The notes beneath the pieces were generated by a model, which worked only from the letters and a program-made list of their open reading frames with translations, was not told the origin of the DNA and made no database searches. DNA of 64,000 nt from Paramecium tetraurelia. Taxonomy: Eukaryota. This document shows positions 39,333 through 53,121 of the stretch, piece by piece. Position 1 is the stretch's first letter. Each line of letters begins with the position of its first letter. Both the position numbers and the translations under genes were made by a program. The stretch covers positions 186,001 to 250,000 of the forward strand of contig CT868020.1 of NCBI GenBank assembly GCA_000165425.1, written 5' to 3'.

Positions 39333-40990
39333 ATGCAAACACAAAATGAAATGATTTAAACTCCTACATTATTAGATATTAAGTAACTAAATTATTCATT
39401 TGTTTAAGAAATCAAATCAGATCTAGAAATTTGTTCAATTCAATAATAATTAAATTCTTGTTTGCAACAATTTTATTACTTAACCTTAGTCTATAAGTCT
39501 AATTTTAGGTCAACAAAATAATGATGTTTATTATACTCCAAACATACCAATTTATTGATTTGTTGAATTATCTTTATCATTACATTTAGATGAAAAACTA
39601 GCATATTCGATTGTAATTATTATATAATATTCAGAAAAAAGAAAAGAGTACACCTCTACACACTTACAACCTTTTTAGACTGCTTATTTATAACTTCATT
39701 TTTAATCTTAGAAAAATCAGGATACACGTTTTACTTGTATAGCAATGCCCCACTCACCTTTAGCGTATTACTCAATTGTTATCCATTGTATTTTAACAAT
39801 AAAATGCAAGAATCAATATAAAAATTGAACAAAACATCAACTATTTTAAGATTATATATTTTGATTTGTTCGATATTTGTGAGTTTAAAATTGGACAATT
39901 TCATAAACTGGGAATGGAGTGCTGTATTATGGCCTTTATGGTTTGGCTTATTTTGTTCGATTGTAATTAGTGTTGGATGTCTAATCATAACTTTCAATAT
40001 GGTAGTTTAATATTTATTTGAGTAATTGACGACTTAAAAATCTAAATGTAATCATATTGCATATATATAGTAATTTCTTATATATGGCTAACCCAATTGT
40101 CTATTTTTGCAACAATATGCATAGGACTTACTTCTTTAGGCTATTTAGATTACTTAACAAAGTAACTGAATTATTAGAAGAATTTCAAAATCCTTCAATA
40201 TTTCATCATAGCTGAACTCATTATCATAATGTTCTATTCAGTTTGTTTTCATTGTTAAATAAATGAATACATTTTCAGTATCCTCTAAGATGACGAACCG
40301 TTAAGCAACTAATAACAGTTGTCTGCACACACTCAACCAAATAATTAAACATTATAAAACTTGAATGTACTTTCTTCAAGAACTGGAATACCTCTAGTAA
40401 TGCAGAAAATCTCCAAAGCCTATTTCAGTATTCCAAAAGGAAGAGAAAAGTATGTAAGGGACTCTATAAATGGTTCTCCTGAACCTAAACAATCATAAAA
40501 AGGACACAAAAGAGCATTTTCTAGTTAAGGTGTGGGATCTGAAGTGCTTCAAGAATCAGATTTCAAAATAGTGGAAAAACAATAGAGTGTTATAAATTAA
40601 GTTAATTCAAATAGAACAAGATCTTAAGTGGAAAAAAAAAGAAGCAATTCTTAATTAATAACTGTATTTAGTAAAAATATCTAAGATTGCTAGAGATGAA
40701 TCTATCCAAAACTAGAAATTAGACATCAGTTAGACTAGCAATGTTTGTATAGTTTGTTATGAGCGTGGACCGAATGCAGTGTTTATGAATTGTGGACACG
40801 GAGGAACTTGCTATTAATGTGCACTTGATATTTGGAAATAAAAAATGGAGTGTTATTTATGTAGAGATGTAAATGATTTCATATTATTTAGAAAATTGTT
40901 TATATTTTGAAAGTAAATCTTGAGGAGAGATTCGGAGATCTTTTCAAAGTTATTTCAACTACTTAAATGATAGATCAATTTAATAAATGA
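39333..40990 (+). CDS. Multi-pass membrane protein (TMEM185-like helices) with C-terminal C3HC4 RING
   Basis: LKLDNFINWEWSAVLWPLW transmembrane motif; CIVCYERGPNAVFMNCGHGGTCYQCA...CYLCR RING. Confidence 0.85.
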
Positions 40991-41044
40991 TGATTATTAT
41001 TATCTATTTTGTATGATTAATTTTAAATTTTAATACAAATATTC

Positions 41045-43059
41045 TCAATTTAATTTAGTGATTTCCAATGTAATCTTATGGCCATAATATTGTTATGGTT
41101 CATTAGTTTAAAAATAAATTTACATTTCAGTTTTTTTTTGAAGTTAGATATAGATTGAAGAACCATCAATTTGACATTGAGGATTTTCTGCTAGCCTGAG
41201 ATTCTTCAATTCAGTAAATTGTAATTCTAAACTAACATCTTATTCATGATTATTTTAAAACTACATCGTAATTCCTTATTATAAATTATTATGTACCTGA
41301 ATGATTTTGATTTATGTATGCAATAAATTAATCACACACTATCTTCTGTGTATATTAATCTGCTCTAATTTAATCATGTATTTTCCACTATCCAATCTGG
41401 TGTTTACATTGACCTACTAAGGCATGTGTATATTGATATTGAAAATTAGTGTTCTCTGATTTGTTTATAATTTCTGGATCTAATGTATACAAAAGAATTT
41501 AAAAGCAATTTTGCTTAACTTCTACTAAAACTTGGTTCTCCTTTTTTAATGAATCATATCGAATTAAGTATCCTTATTCCTTAAATTCTATTTATTCCTA
41601 AATATCAATTGTCCCTCTATTTTCATAGTAGAAGTACAGAAAACCATATATTTGATTGGTATAAACATTTATTTGCTATTAATGACTGGAAATAATAGAT
41701 CTTTTTTTATCTTTAGCCAATGTATGCTATATTAAACTTTTAATTAGATTTATCTTTTTTTATTCAAATTAATCATCAGGATATATTTTGGAATTTGCAA
41801 TTTCTCCTTTAATTGAGAAATTTAGATCAAAATATTTTTATAATGGTTCTTAAGAATCATTTCCAAAATTATTAAAGTAGGCTTGACATAGGATTAAGTA
41901 TTCACCTTTTTCAAGGAGGGCATTTATAGAAATGTCGCATTAAAAATCACATTATCCATCAATAAATTTATATTAATTAGACTCCAATTCCTAAAATAAT
42001 AACACTCTGAGTAAACCAATTTATTTTTTATTATTTTGACTCCTTATTATTATCTCATTGTCTTCGATTACAAAATCTTTCTACCATAAAGTGCATTAAT
42101 AATTGCCCTAATTTTCTATTTTAAATTTATAACTATAAGTGTGTTCAATGATGTCAGTTTTTCTTTCAATTGGATTCTCTAAAGAGATTGCAGTCATTAT
42201 ATAGTCATCCTTCCATTATAAAACATGAACACTTTGAAAATTCGTTTTAAACTCCTCCCAACTTAAATAACAAACTGAATCATCTTTTTACCTGCCTACA
42301 GCCTAACATTTTAAGAATACCTTAAAAGTAAACAGATTCTGAGTTTGGAGCAATTAATTTAATTAGTTTTAATTAGTCTTAACCATCACTTGGATGTGTG
42401 GTAATTACAGAAGCTATGGACTTAGAATCTTACTAATATTTGACGAATAAAATATTTGATTTGTCTTTCAATTTCTTCTCTAAATCTTCAAACGATTGAA
42501 ACTCTTATTCATGTATCAATTAACCAGTTATCATCTAATTTGTTAATTTTAGGAAGAATACTTATAAATAGAATTCAATTGAATCATTTTTTAAAGCCTT
42601 AAAAGAATTATATCCAAGACCTAACATTTTTCCTATTGCTTTCTCTAATATTATTGGCCATTGGTATTCTGAAATAATTGTTGCCAAATGAGGATAATTT
42701 CCACTCAATTTACATGGTATTTAATCATCAACTATCACTAGTTTCTCTAAGCCTTATTTCCAGAGCCAAACACCGTATAATTCATCATTTGATTCAAAAA
42801 TTTTTTTTAGATTGCCCATATTCTATTATACAACAATAACAGCATTTAAAAATGTAAATGAGGAATAAAAGTCAGATGCCTTCAGTTTTGGATCAGCATT
42901 ATATGATTTCTGAATTTTCTCAAATTACTTTAATTCATGGAGCACTAACATTTTATTATCACATTTCTCATAAAAGTCCTTCTATTCGAAGTCCTTTATT
43001 CCCACTTAACTGAGATTATCCATTTAATTGGTATAAGCTTCTCTATTTTAGTAATGCAT
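41045..43059 (-). CDS. Calpain-like (CysPc) protein lacking the catalytic triad
   Basis: YGVWLW...LVIVDDQIP, WPIILEKAIGK, MITG and CYLSWEEFKTNF calpain motifs; the Cys/His/Asn positions are substituted. Confidence 0.8.
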
Positions 43060-43449
43060 AAAATTATTTATATATAAAATTATATTCTACTATGAATTTC
43101 TCGATTTCCAATTTTTCTCATTTATTATCAACAGAAATTTATTCTTCAATATCTGTTTTTCTATGCTTAATAATTCATATTGGATGTGCTTGTTTAAAAT
43201 GACTGATTATTTTTTTATTTTTATATTTTCAAAACTAATTTCTAAATTGCAAAATATTATAAGAATAAATAACCATTTGGGAGAAAGAAATTATTTTCTG
43301 CTGATCAATTTTTATAGATAATTAAAATTTATTTTATAAATATTATTAGTTGTTTATTGTTATTTTATAGATAATATATATAATAAATGATAAAATCTAG
43401 ATAGAACTCCTTACAGGCTATTCGAATTAATTAATCAAGTGAAAAAATA

Positions 43450-44356
43450 ATGAAAGTTATTCCAATCAAACCAACATCATAAAGCGAGTTTCAAAATAAG
43501 AAATCAGCAGATCATTTGGATCCTAACGAACTCAGACCTTTCTTGGAAGACTTAATGAGAAGATATGATAAAATGGCTCTTGAACTACAAGCAGCTTAAG
43601 CGAAAGTACTCAATACCATTTCTTCTTAGAATTATGAATATAACGATCAAAATTAAAAATTAATTAGAGAAAATGACTAACTCAAAGAAGCAGCCAAATC
43701 CAGAGAGGATGAAGTCAATTCCCTATATTCTAAGTTGGTGGGATATTAAAATAAGTATGGCCAATAGATCGATCAACTATAAAATGATAATGTGAAAGTA
43801 GTGCAAGTGTTGACCTAAAAAATTGATGACCTAGAATCTGAATTAATGTATTACTCCTTATATTATTTAGAAAAACATAGAACGATTTGGATTATAATAA
43901 AGGATTATTGATTTTGAGAGAATAAGAAGTCCTAGAGTGGAGAAGCAGAAGATAATTCGATGAATCAAAAACTCTAAAAGAACTCAACTAAATAAAACAA
44001 ACATTGTAATCAAAGGAATAAGAATTGCAAGCATTAAGAATAAAATACGATTTCAAATAAAAAACAACACAATCAAGTTCAGGATAATAATTAGAACTAG
44101 ATGCACTGAGATAAGAATTATATATTAAAGAATAATAGCTAGAGAAAATAAATAATTAGGAGAATTCAGAATAATGTAGCATTTATTAAAATGAAATCAA
44201 TAGAATTAATAAAATTGTAATTATTTCTATTCTATATTTAAGGTTGTAGATTTAAGAAGTGAAGTGGAAAAACTTAAATAAGAGTAGGTAGATTACGAAT
44301 GGTTAAAGAGAAGATATGAAAAGGAACATTAATCCTATTCTACTTTAAGAGTTTGA
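43450..44356 (+). CDS. Coiled-coil protein
   Basis: ATG 43450, heptad-rich sequence, three tiny introns, first in-frame TGA at 44354-44356; 3' end somewhat uncertain. Confidence 0.7.
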
Positions 44357-44769
44357 AAATTATTATATAGGCAATATTACTTTAACTAATATATCTAAAT
44401 TATATATTGAAGCTAAATGGATAAAGATTAAAATATATTCTTGAAATTTAATTGATACAAATTATTTAATTAACTATTCTAGATGGGTTGCCTTTGGTAC
44501 ATCTTCTACATTTAATATTTGTTTTGCTTATTTTAATAATGGGTGGACAGATTTTTAGATCAAGAACTATTGAAAATGAGGTTCCATAAATCACTTAATT
44601 CTCATATCTCTGTAAGTATTATTTTACTCTAAAATATTCAAAATATAAATATTAAAACTTTACATTATTTTAACATAATGAATGAGTTAAAGAATTAACT
44701 TATAATACTCGATTATACAGCCCATCTAATATCTCAAAATGATTTGCAAATATATATATATTAATAGTC

Positions 44770-45373
44770 TCATTATTTTTTGGATTTAGTAATTAACCAA
44801 TCTACCACTTGAGTAATATTGTTTCCTGTCAATGCACTACACATAGCGACTGCCCAGCCATTCGATGTTATGTAATCCAAATTCAAACCTACATTAATTA
44901 TCTATTACCTTCAATCAATTATTTTTCATTTAGATGAGGATTCACATCAATCTTATTTCCTATGATCAATATTGGAATATTTCGCAATGATTTATTATCT
45001 AACAAATTATGCAATTCCTTCTTTGATGTACCCAACGTTGCTTACTATTGTAATAATCATCTTTACATTGCTTGTATCAACAAGGAAAATAAGCGCATCA
45101 CAACCTTGAGCATAATTTCCCCATTCTGGCCTATATTGAATTTAGCCACCAATATCCCAAATCTACTTTTAATGACATTTCTACCTTCATAGTCACTCCC
45201 CCTTTCTTTACAGTCCTCACATTAAGGCCCACAGTAGGTACTGTAAATGAAGGATCTCCCATTGATAGCTAATTCAGCATGGTTGTTTTTCCAACATTCT
45301 CTAATCCAACCATACAAACCTCCAACTTTTAAGTAGAGAAGAAATTCTTCAATTTTTCGAACAAATTTCCCAT
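44770..45373 (-). CDS. ARF-family small GTPase, ARL8-like
   Basis: MGNLFEKLKNFF, GLENVGKTT, PTVG, GVTMKIWDIGGQ, GNKID, CSA; three tiny introns. Confidence 0.9.
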
Positions 45374-46055
45374 TAAAATATATAAAATTAATATTTAAAA
45401 TTATATATTCTTGAAAATAATGTCAGAATTCATAAAATATTATGGAAATTTAAATTGTCTTGAAATTATTTTATTAAATAATAAACAAAAAATTAAATTT
45501 AGCAGCAGACTTTTTTATTTTAGAAGTTTATTCATCTTTAGAGGACTGTTCCAAGTTTTATTTATTTTACGCATATTAATTTAAAGAGAAAAATTACTTT
45601 AAAGATTAACATTTAAATATTATTCCTAAAAAAAATAGTTTGGTTTGATTTTAAAGAATCGATTAAAGAAAGATGATTAAATTTATAGGAATTGTTAAAG
45701 GAACATTCTTGTTATCTCAACAAATTAGTCACAATATCATAATATCAACTTAATTATAACTTACATAATCCAATTTTTCCATTAATAATTAACAGATCAA
45801 TGATTAGAAGAAGAGTATGGAATGGGATTGTAGGTTGGGATTCGGATTATTGGATAAATTTTGAAAGAATTACGAACTATGAATCCTTAAATCGTAATAA
45901 CCCTTTATGAGTACCATATTATCTATAAAAGGTGTCAAAGTAGTAATTAAAGATTCACTTTAATTTAGGGAGTTAAAATGAAGATTAATAAAGTTATGTT
46001 TGAGATAATACCTAATAAAATATTAAATAATTTATTGTGTAATATAAATTAATTA

Positions 46056-47314
46056 ATGGCACGCAAAAGGGCTGATCCAGATCGCTTCTTAGAGTACGAA
46101 GAATTTAAAGATCATTCTGGTTTTACTATCTAAGAGGATGGAGATTATATAGATTTCTATTATGACTAATTCAAGGGTTGGTTTGATGAATATGGCAATT
46201 ACTATAATTCGAATGGTGAATCAGTTAGACCAAGTTAAGCTAGCTTGAGATTTTGGGATTCAATCAAACATAAATGTAATAATCTTTATTGAACAGTTAT
46301 AGATTCTTAAGATGACATAGATGATTTATTAAATCAATATGACGGGGGTACCGATAGTGAAGATGATAATGATGATGATTTTGAAAGGTGATTGATAAGA
46401 TTTATTCTAGAGAGTACCATAATAAAGCACATATGGATAAACTTCTCAAGAGACTGAGACATTACGGAGATTAGGAAGAAATTAAAATCAGATTCAGCCA
46501 TAATAAATGGAGTACTAAGGATAAAGATATTATACAATTGTTGGGAGCCTAAAATGTGAAATCAGTTTAATTTGATTTAAAATCTGGCACAACTTACAAA
46601 ACAGGGACAGGAACCATAATAACCTTTAATAAAAAATGCGCTCAGTAAATCATTTAATTCCACAATACCGAAATTAATAGTCATCCTATCTCATTTGATA
46701 TTGATGCTATAGATATCAATGATTCAGAGGACGAGGTAGTTGATATTTAGAAAGAAGATCCATTATTAAGTAAACCACAATAATAATAATAAGTTTAGTA
46801 ATAGTAATAACCATAACAGTAATAATAGTAAAAACCTTAACAATAACAATAACAATAATAGTAATAATAACAACAATAATAATAACAATAACAACAATAA
46901 TAACAACAACAACAACAACAACAACAAAAAGAATAATAATAATAATAACAATAATAATAACAATAATAATAACAATAATAATAACAATAATAATAACAAT
47001 AATAATAAAAGAAAGAAGTCTGGGTTTAAGAATTCTTAATTGTTGAAGGATTCCCTGATAAAGAACCTCAATAAAACATTAAATAATGGTTGTCTTAAAA
47101 AATATTAAATAATGCATAAATTCATGAGAACATGTTTGAAATTAAAGAAAAAATAAAAAAAGAGAAAGGAAAGGTAATCGATCACTACTAGGCTGTTAAA
47201 TTAGATTTAGGTTCAAAGGAAAAAATAGAAGATGCTAAAACTTAACTTGATTAATGCAACATGTATTAAGGAAAGAGAAGGATAACCTATTTTATATACA
47301 AACCTCAACAATGA
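46056..47314 (+). CDS. Putative RNA-binding protein with two degenerate RRM-like domains flanking a long poly-Gln tract
   Basis: N-terminal GWFDEYGNYY motif; RRM-like IRFSHNKWSTKDKDI...KTGTGTIITF...AQQIIQFHNTEINSHPISFD; polyQ; second RRM-like FLIVEGFP...; two tiny introns. Confidence 0.75.
46778..47008 (+). repeat. Coding (TAA/CAA/TAG)n trinucleotide repeat encoding poly-Gln, about 77 codons
   Basis: In frame with the host CDS; includes a pure CAA run and repeated CAATAATAATAA 12-mers. Confidence 0.95.
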
Positions 47315-47401
47315 AATTATGATTTATTTAATTTCTATTATAATAAATGAATTTTATAAACATAACATCAAATATAAATCATAGATAGAATAAACCGTAA
47401 C

Positions 47402-48527
47402 TCAATATTTGATATCATTTATAGATTTAATAGATGAAGTCGTATATGAGGTTATTAGGTCTGAGATGAATACAATTGAAGTCTCAATGTCTATTTGATC
47501 CTCAGGGATTACAATAGAATCATTATTTGGCAAATTTGACAAAAACATCAGTATTTGCTCACTATTCTTATTTTATTTTGTTTCTTTAAGAGACTGGCTT
47601 GAACTGGCCAATTTGCTAGATTAACTTCGATCCCCAACTGAAAGCATAGATCTAAATAGATTTTTGATGTATTCATAATCCGGCATTGTTTATTGAGTTA
47701 AGGTTTCAATATAGGATTTGAACTATGAAAATTCTGGAGGAAATCTTTAGGAAAGAACTGTAGTGGTGAAAACGGCCTCTTTCATTTCACCAATTTTTTT
47801 TATCTCTAATTGTTGAGATTGTAGTTGTTTTAAGGATTGCCAAGGCAGCTTCTCTAAAAAAGTCAGTTATTAACACTTACAATTTCTTAGATACACTAAA
47901 ACATACAGTAGACTTTCTAAATCATCCTTGAAACCAAGTTGGCCGCCTCTATGAGCCTATCTACTTGCATATCTTAAGGAGCCGATGAAAACTTTATTTA
48001 AGAAAGTTTTGAGTCCAAATTTTTAAGATAGGCCAAAATCAATTAGTTGAATGAAACCAGGTCTGAGAATTTAATCAACTGGGACATTGATTTAAGGTTA
48101 TGATATCATTATATTTTCTGGTTTTATGTCAAGATGTAAAATGCCTTTTTTATGAACTTATTCTAAAATTTCAATTATGCTGAGTCCAATAGCTAAAGTA
48201 CTCTGTAGAGAAAGTACACTTTCTTTTGCTATCTCTGAGAGATTTCTTTTTAAAAGTGGAGTGATTATATAGCTCCTAATCAATATTATCATAATTTTAC
48301 TTAGAATCTTTAGTTTTCCCAAAATCAATCAATTATGGAATGCCCTTAACTCCTTCAAGCTCTTACAGCCTTTGGATTTCTCCTTCTAATTATCCCAAAC
48401 TAGGAATTTTTTCAATTTTTAAGGCTAAAATTCGAGAAGATTAATTATTCTGAACTTTAAAGACTTGGTGCCCAGAGCCAGACCCTATGTTGGAGAGTAT
48501 TTTGTAATTAGAATTCTATAATTGCAT
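47402..48527 (-). CDS. Casein kinase 1-family protein kinase
   Basis: IGSGSGHQVF, LALKIE, HLDIKPENIM, IDFGLS, FIGSLRYAS...KDDLESL. Confidence 0.9.
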
Positions 48528-48599
48528 CACACTTTATTAATATTAATGAAATGTTTGAATCTCAAGGAATATATTATTAATTTTCAAGGCAGTTTAAAT

Positions 48600-50230
48600 C
48601 CTATACTATATTGATCAGTTTTTCAAAAAAAATAAATATCATAATACAAGGTAAACAAATATTGGGTTGAATAATAATATTTATAAAAACATTACTAAAA
48701 CAATAATATATTAATAAAAAGATTTAAATTAATAATAATAATAAACTTCTTCCAATATGTTTTTCTACTCTTCTTTAAATTTATAATTTTCTTCCTTAAT
48801 CGTATTAACAATCAAAGATTGCTTAAAAGATACACTAAATTATCAAATGCTACAAGTCGAGTAATATTCATGTTTTTGGTAATATCATTCACCCTATGAT
48901 TAGTACGGGTAGATCTTTCATTTCTAAGATCTCAACAACATAAAAACTCGCTCATTTATCCCATCAATTTACTATCACTTCAAAATTTATTTTAAATAAT
49001 ACATGTTTATTCACAAATTCCGTCATTCAATAGGTTTATCATAGGATGTGATTAACTCAATTAAATTACATAAGGCGTAATCACAAATGAATCTAGATGC
49101 ATAATTGAATTTACATAATTTAAACCTTAAGACCTTGCAAATATAAACAGTACAATTTTCGCTTTGCAAATTTCTAAATTCATTCTCAACAAAGTTTTAA
49201 TTTAAATTCAAATGTATATAATTGATAGATTCTGCATTTACAAGAATTTAAAAGACGATTCTTAACAGTCTATTAAGCGGAGTAACATATCCAGCGCATT
49301 ATTAATTAGAGTTAATGGATTATCATAATTCAAACTCAAAAATACATGAAGGACCTTCTAAATTTACCATAAATAGTTGCCCAAAATAAGTTACTCATTT
49401 ATAAAGTTGGAAATTACTAATAGTACTCTTTATTTTTTACAATTATGGACTTTTATTTTCATATTTTATTCGATTCAACTTATTCAGATTTACTAAACTT
49501 TCTGAATAAATTTGCCGTTTTAAACAATAATTCTGTTATCTATAAAGATTAATAAAAAAAATTTTTCACATAATAAAAAATACAAATGCTTCTTTCTGCC
49601 AAGTTGTTACCTAAATAATTAAATTGCATTAGAACACTTTTCAATTCACTCTTTTGATAAAATTAACTTTTACAATTCCTAATATAAATAATTATTATGC
49701 TTTTAAGAAATTTAATACTAAATCATTCATCTAAATAAGTCAAAGTATACAGATATAAGGAATGACAATTCGTAAGCGGAACCTTTGGTAAAATAATAAG
49801 AAAAAGTGGTTATGATTGATAACTTTAGAAATTTTTTTATTATTGTAAAGTATTGTTTAAACCATATATTCTTTACATTTTAAGGAGGATATATTTGTAA
49901 CTCAAAACTTGATAATAAATTCTTAAGAGTTATAGAAGAGCAGAGTTAAATGAACTTCAACAATAATTAAAATAACACTATTATTAGTATTGATAAGTGT
50001 AATAATTTTATAGAAGACAAATTGCACCTCCTAACTCAAATATAATTTGATGGAGCCAATGCGATTTATATACTCAAATATTTGGGTTTGATTAATTGGT
50101 GTTTTAGTTAAGGAGGAAAACACTTTAATGTCATAACTAAAAGATTTCCTTAAAGAGTTGAAGTGATTGAAATCTTAGATAAAGGAAAACTAATGTTAAA
50201 TTTGTATTTACTTGTTACTAGAATTTTATT
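48600..50230. pseudogene. Probable decayed gene remnants or orphan ORF
   Basis: A 1.6 kb gap. A TGA-free + frame runs from about 48757 to 49815 with no recognisable motifs, and interrupted coiled-coil-like fragments occur on both strands. Confidence 0.3.
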
Positions 50231-50251
50231 ATTATTATGCATATATAAATA

Positions 50252-50983
50252 TCATACTATCAAAGAAAACCAGGATAAAAACAAGTAAAATAAAAAAACA
50301 GGGTAAACTGCCAACTTCTTCTTATGTGGTGGTACCAATGATGCCATAAAGCCAACAGATGCTATGATTAATTTAAATTCGAATTTACAATAGGCAGACC
50401 AAGCAAAGCAAATGATCACTGGAATTAGCTTCACTACAAATGGTAAATAGGATCCAACAAATGCAATAATTATAGCTTCGATGTTGATTGGAAATACACA
50501 ATATCCCAATAAGCAAACAGATTAGAAAAATGACCTAAGAAATAAAAGGATGTTATTTACACTTTTCCTCCAAGCAATTAAGCATTAAGTGTAACAACAA
50601 ATGCGCCAACCCAAATGAGAACAAATATGATTGCGAAAACGTCAGACTTTGAACTAGAAGTAGTGGAATCAGCCTTGAAACTTAGAGTCCTTCAATATAG
50701 ATAGTAATTTACATAGCCAATGCTAAACAAAAAATTAAGGGTCCCCATAAATCCCCTATGAATATAGAAATAAAGTTTACAATTTCGTAATTCTTTTCCA
50801 TTGTCCTCTTGTTCTTTGGGAATTAATACGTATTTCAATTTATATGCTATCATTCTTAAATCTCTCATCTAAATAAGTTATTTCATATACAATAGTCTCT
50901 GATACACTTTCTTCTAGATCTAGAGTTTTCAAGTCTTCCATTTATGAATAATTTTATGGTTATTTTTAGTTTGTGTAATCCAT
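50252..50983 (-). CDS. YIPF6: Yip1-domain Golgi membrane protein (YIPF6-like)
   Basis: [60 protein letters not shown]; five tiny introns. Confidence 0.92.
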
Positions 50984-51126
50984 GGAGTGTTAATAAATAT
51001 ATTTATTATTTCTGTGAAAATCTATCCGAATATTTTTTAAATAAAATACACAATACATAAAACAGTCTTCAAAGTTTAGATAATACCATAATAATTATAA
51101 TATAGTTTTAAATCATGAGATTTGCT

Positions 51127-53121
51127 TCACCCACAACATCCTTTTTTCTTCTTCGTTTGCAATGACTAATACTAAATAGAAACATCATACAGAAATGATT
51201 TTTTTAAGTCCTTGTATTTCTTCATTTTTTTGGGCAATCATATTTTATAACTCATCTACATCCTTAATATTGTCTCTATATATAATATTTGTCAATTCAA
51301 TTACCTGATAGTTTTATTTTCAGTTTGCAATTTGCTGAGTTAATCTGATAATTGTTTTTTTTATGCTTCCAACTATACTTTGTCTTGATCCAATTTCTTA
51401 ATTTTTGTTTCATGCTAAGCAATGTTCTATTCTAATATTTTAATATTATCCAACAATTGTTTCTCCTTGACCTATTGCACTGCCTTCTCCTCCTCTGCTT
51501 AATTCTTATTTTTGCTATACTTTTGCCTTAAGTTTACGATATGATATTTACACAACAGAATTAACTAACTATTTTACTATAATAGGATGATGATTCTATA
51601 AAAAATGTATCAATGTATTAGCCTTTTCAGTTCCTGCTGATTTTTTATCATAAGCATTTAAAAATCTATAGTATGATAAATTTGATTATTACTCATTGAA
51701 ATGTTAAAAGAAAACTTCTAAATTATCAATCGTAAATGTTTCTTGATCCAGATTTTCCTTCAATTTCTAAGACACCTCAGCAATAACTTCTTCATTCTTC
51801 CTAATCACATAATCAAACTCAAATACGTATTATTCATATCATCATTCAATCTAATTGCTAGATTTTCTTTTTCAGTCATGAAATCTAATAGCTTTTTCTT
51901 GTATTCTTCAAAATGGTTATTCTTTTCCCTTATGCCTGCAATATAATGAAACGTTTGAAAGGATTCATCTCTAATTTTTTTCAGGATTTAAAATATCTCT
52001 TCAAAAGACTTGGCTTCATCAGAACCAAAGTATTTCTTAAGATTAGTTTCATACAATTATTTGGCCTGAGCCAAGCCTTATTGGCATTCAGTTTCTACAA
52101 TATGTTCCCAAGCAGTAGATATGATTGGAACCTTCCCCTTATTAAAATTAGTTATGAAAGTTTCAATCATCTTACAGAACATCCTGCCATTTAAGTTAAC
52201 TCCATTTAATTATTTAGGAGATGTATTCTTCAGCAAGTATTCCCTTAGTTGAGTTACCTTAAAATAAGATAGACAGTTTTACTTATTATTGAAACTCCTC
52301 TCTTAATTGATTGTTCGGTAATTGATTTACCTTCTACAATTCGTTTTCATTAATAACAGGCCTAACGAATTAAAAGCAATTTCTATCTTTAAAACATGTT
52401 AACAGGGTCTTCCTGACTTTTTTTGAATTCTCACTTTGATATTAACGATCATCATGCAAGGCTAACTCCAGATACTCTTTGGGTGTGATCTTTCTATTTT
52501 AACCATCCTTCATTTCAAGCACAAAATCTCTCAATAACCACATAAATTTTGGAGTATAGTAACCCAATATATTTTCATTATTACTGTTATCATGATCCTA
52601 AACTTGAATGTTCTTCGATAGCAATGTAGTTAGATGCAGTTGAATAATTGATTGCTCATCAATGCAGCCAATCGAATTAAACATAAAAGTACTACTCATT
52701 AAAATTGCCAAAGCGAAAATCTTGGCATCATGAGTTTGTGATTTCACTCCTGATTCACTGCCTTCTGTGTCCAAAAAATAGATTTGAAGATTGCTTTGCT
52801 TATTAATCACAGGTTTTGTGTATAACCAGATTCCTTGGGTACAAGAATTCGTTGTTGGACTAACCTAAAACTAGATCTATTAGCAAACAAAGTGATTACT
52901 CCTTCATTCTATACATCGATGAGTTTGTTCAAGAGAAAACTCTTCCCTGTCCTGTATTTGCCACAAACGACAACAAAAGCTATATTTCCTCTCAATTAAC
53001 TTAAAAACTAAGCTGCTTCGCTATTTAATTCAAATTTATTATTTTATGACACAAAGTTAACCAATTAGATTGCCTTAAAATCATTTATTTATTCCAATTT
53101 GATTTGGTCAAGATCAATCAT
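51127..53121 (-). CDS. Guanylate-binding protein (GBP/atlastin superfamily large GTPase)
   Basis: GKYRTGKS (G1), SCTQGIW (G2), LDTEG (G3), WLLRDF (G4), helical stalk; ends KKKKGCCG-TGA. Confidence 0.93.

Noticed and set aside
44360..44760. Possible small gene between the coiled-coil and ARL8-like genes
   Set aside because: Several open frames exist on both strands but none has a convincing start, stop or motif.
46766..46999. Poly-Leu ORF in the supplied track
   Set aside because: It is the antisense reading of the TAA/CAA poly-Gln tract of the plus-strand gene.
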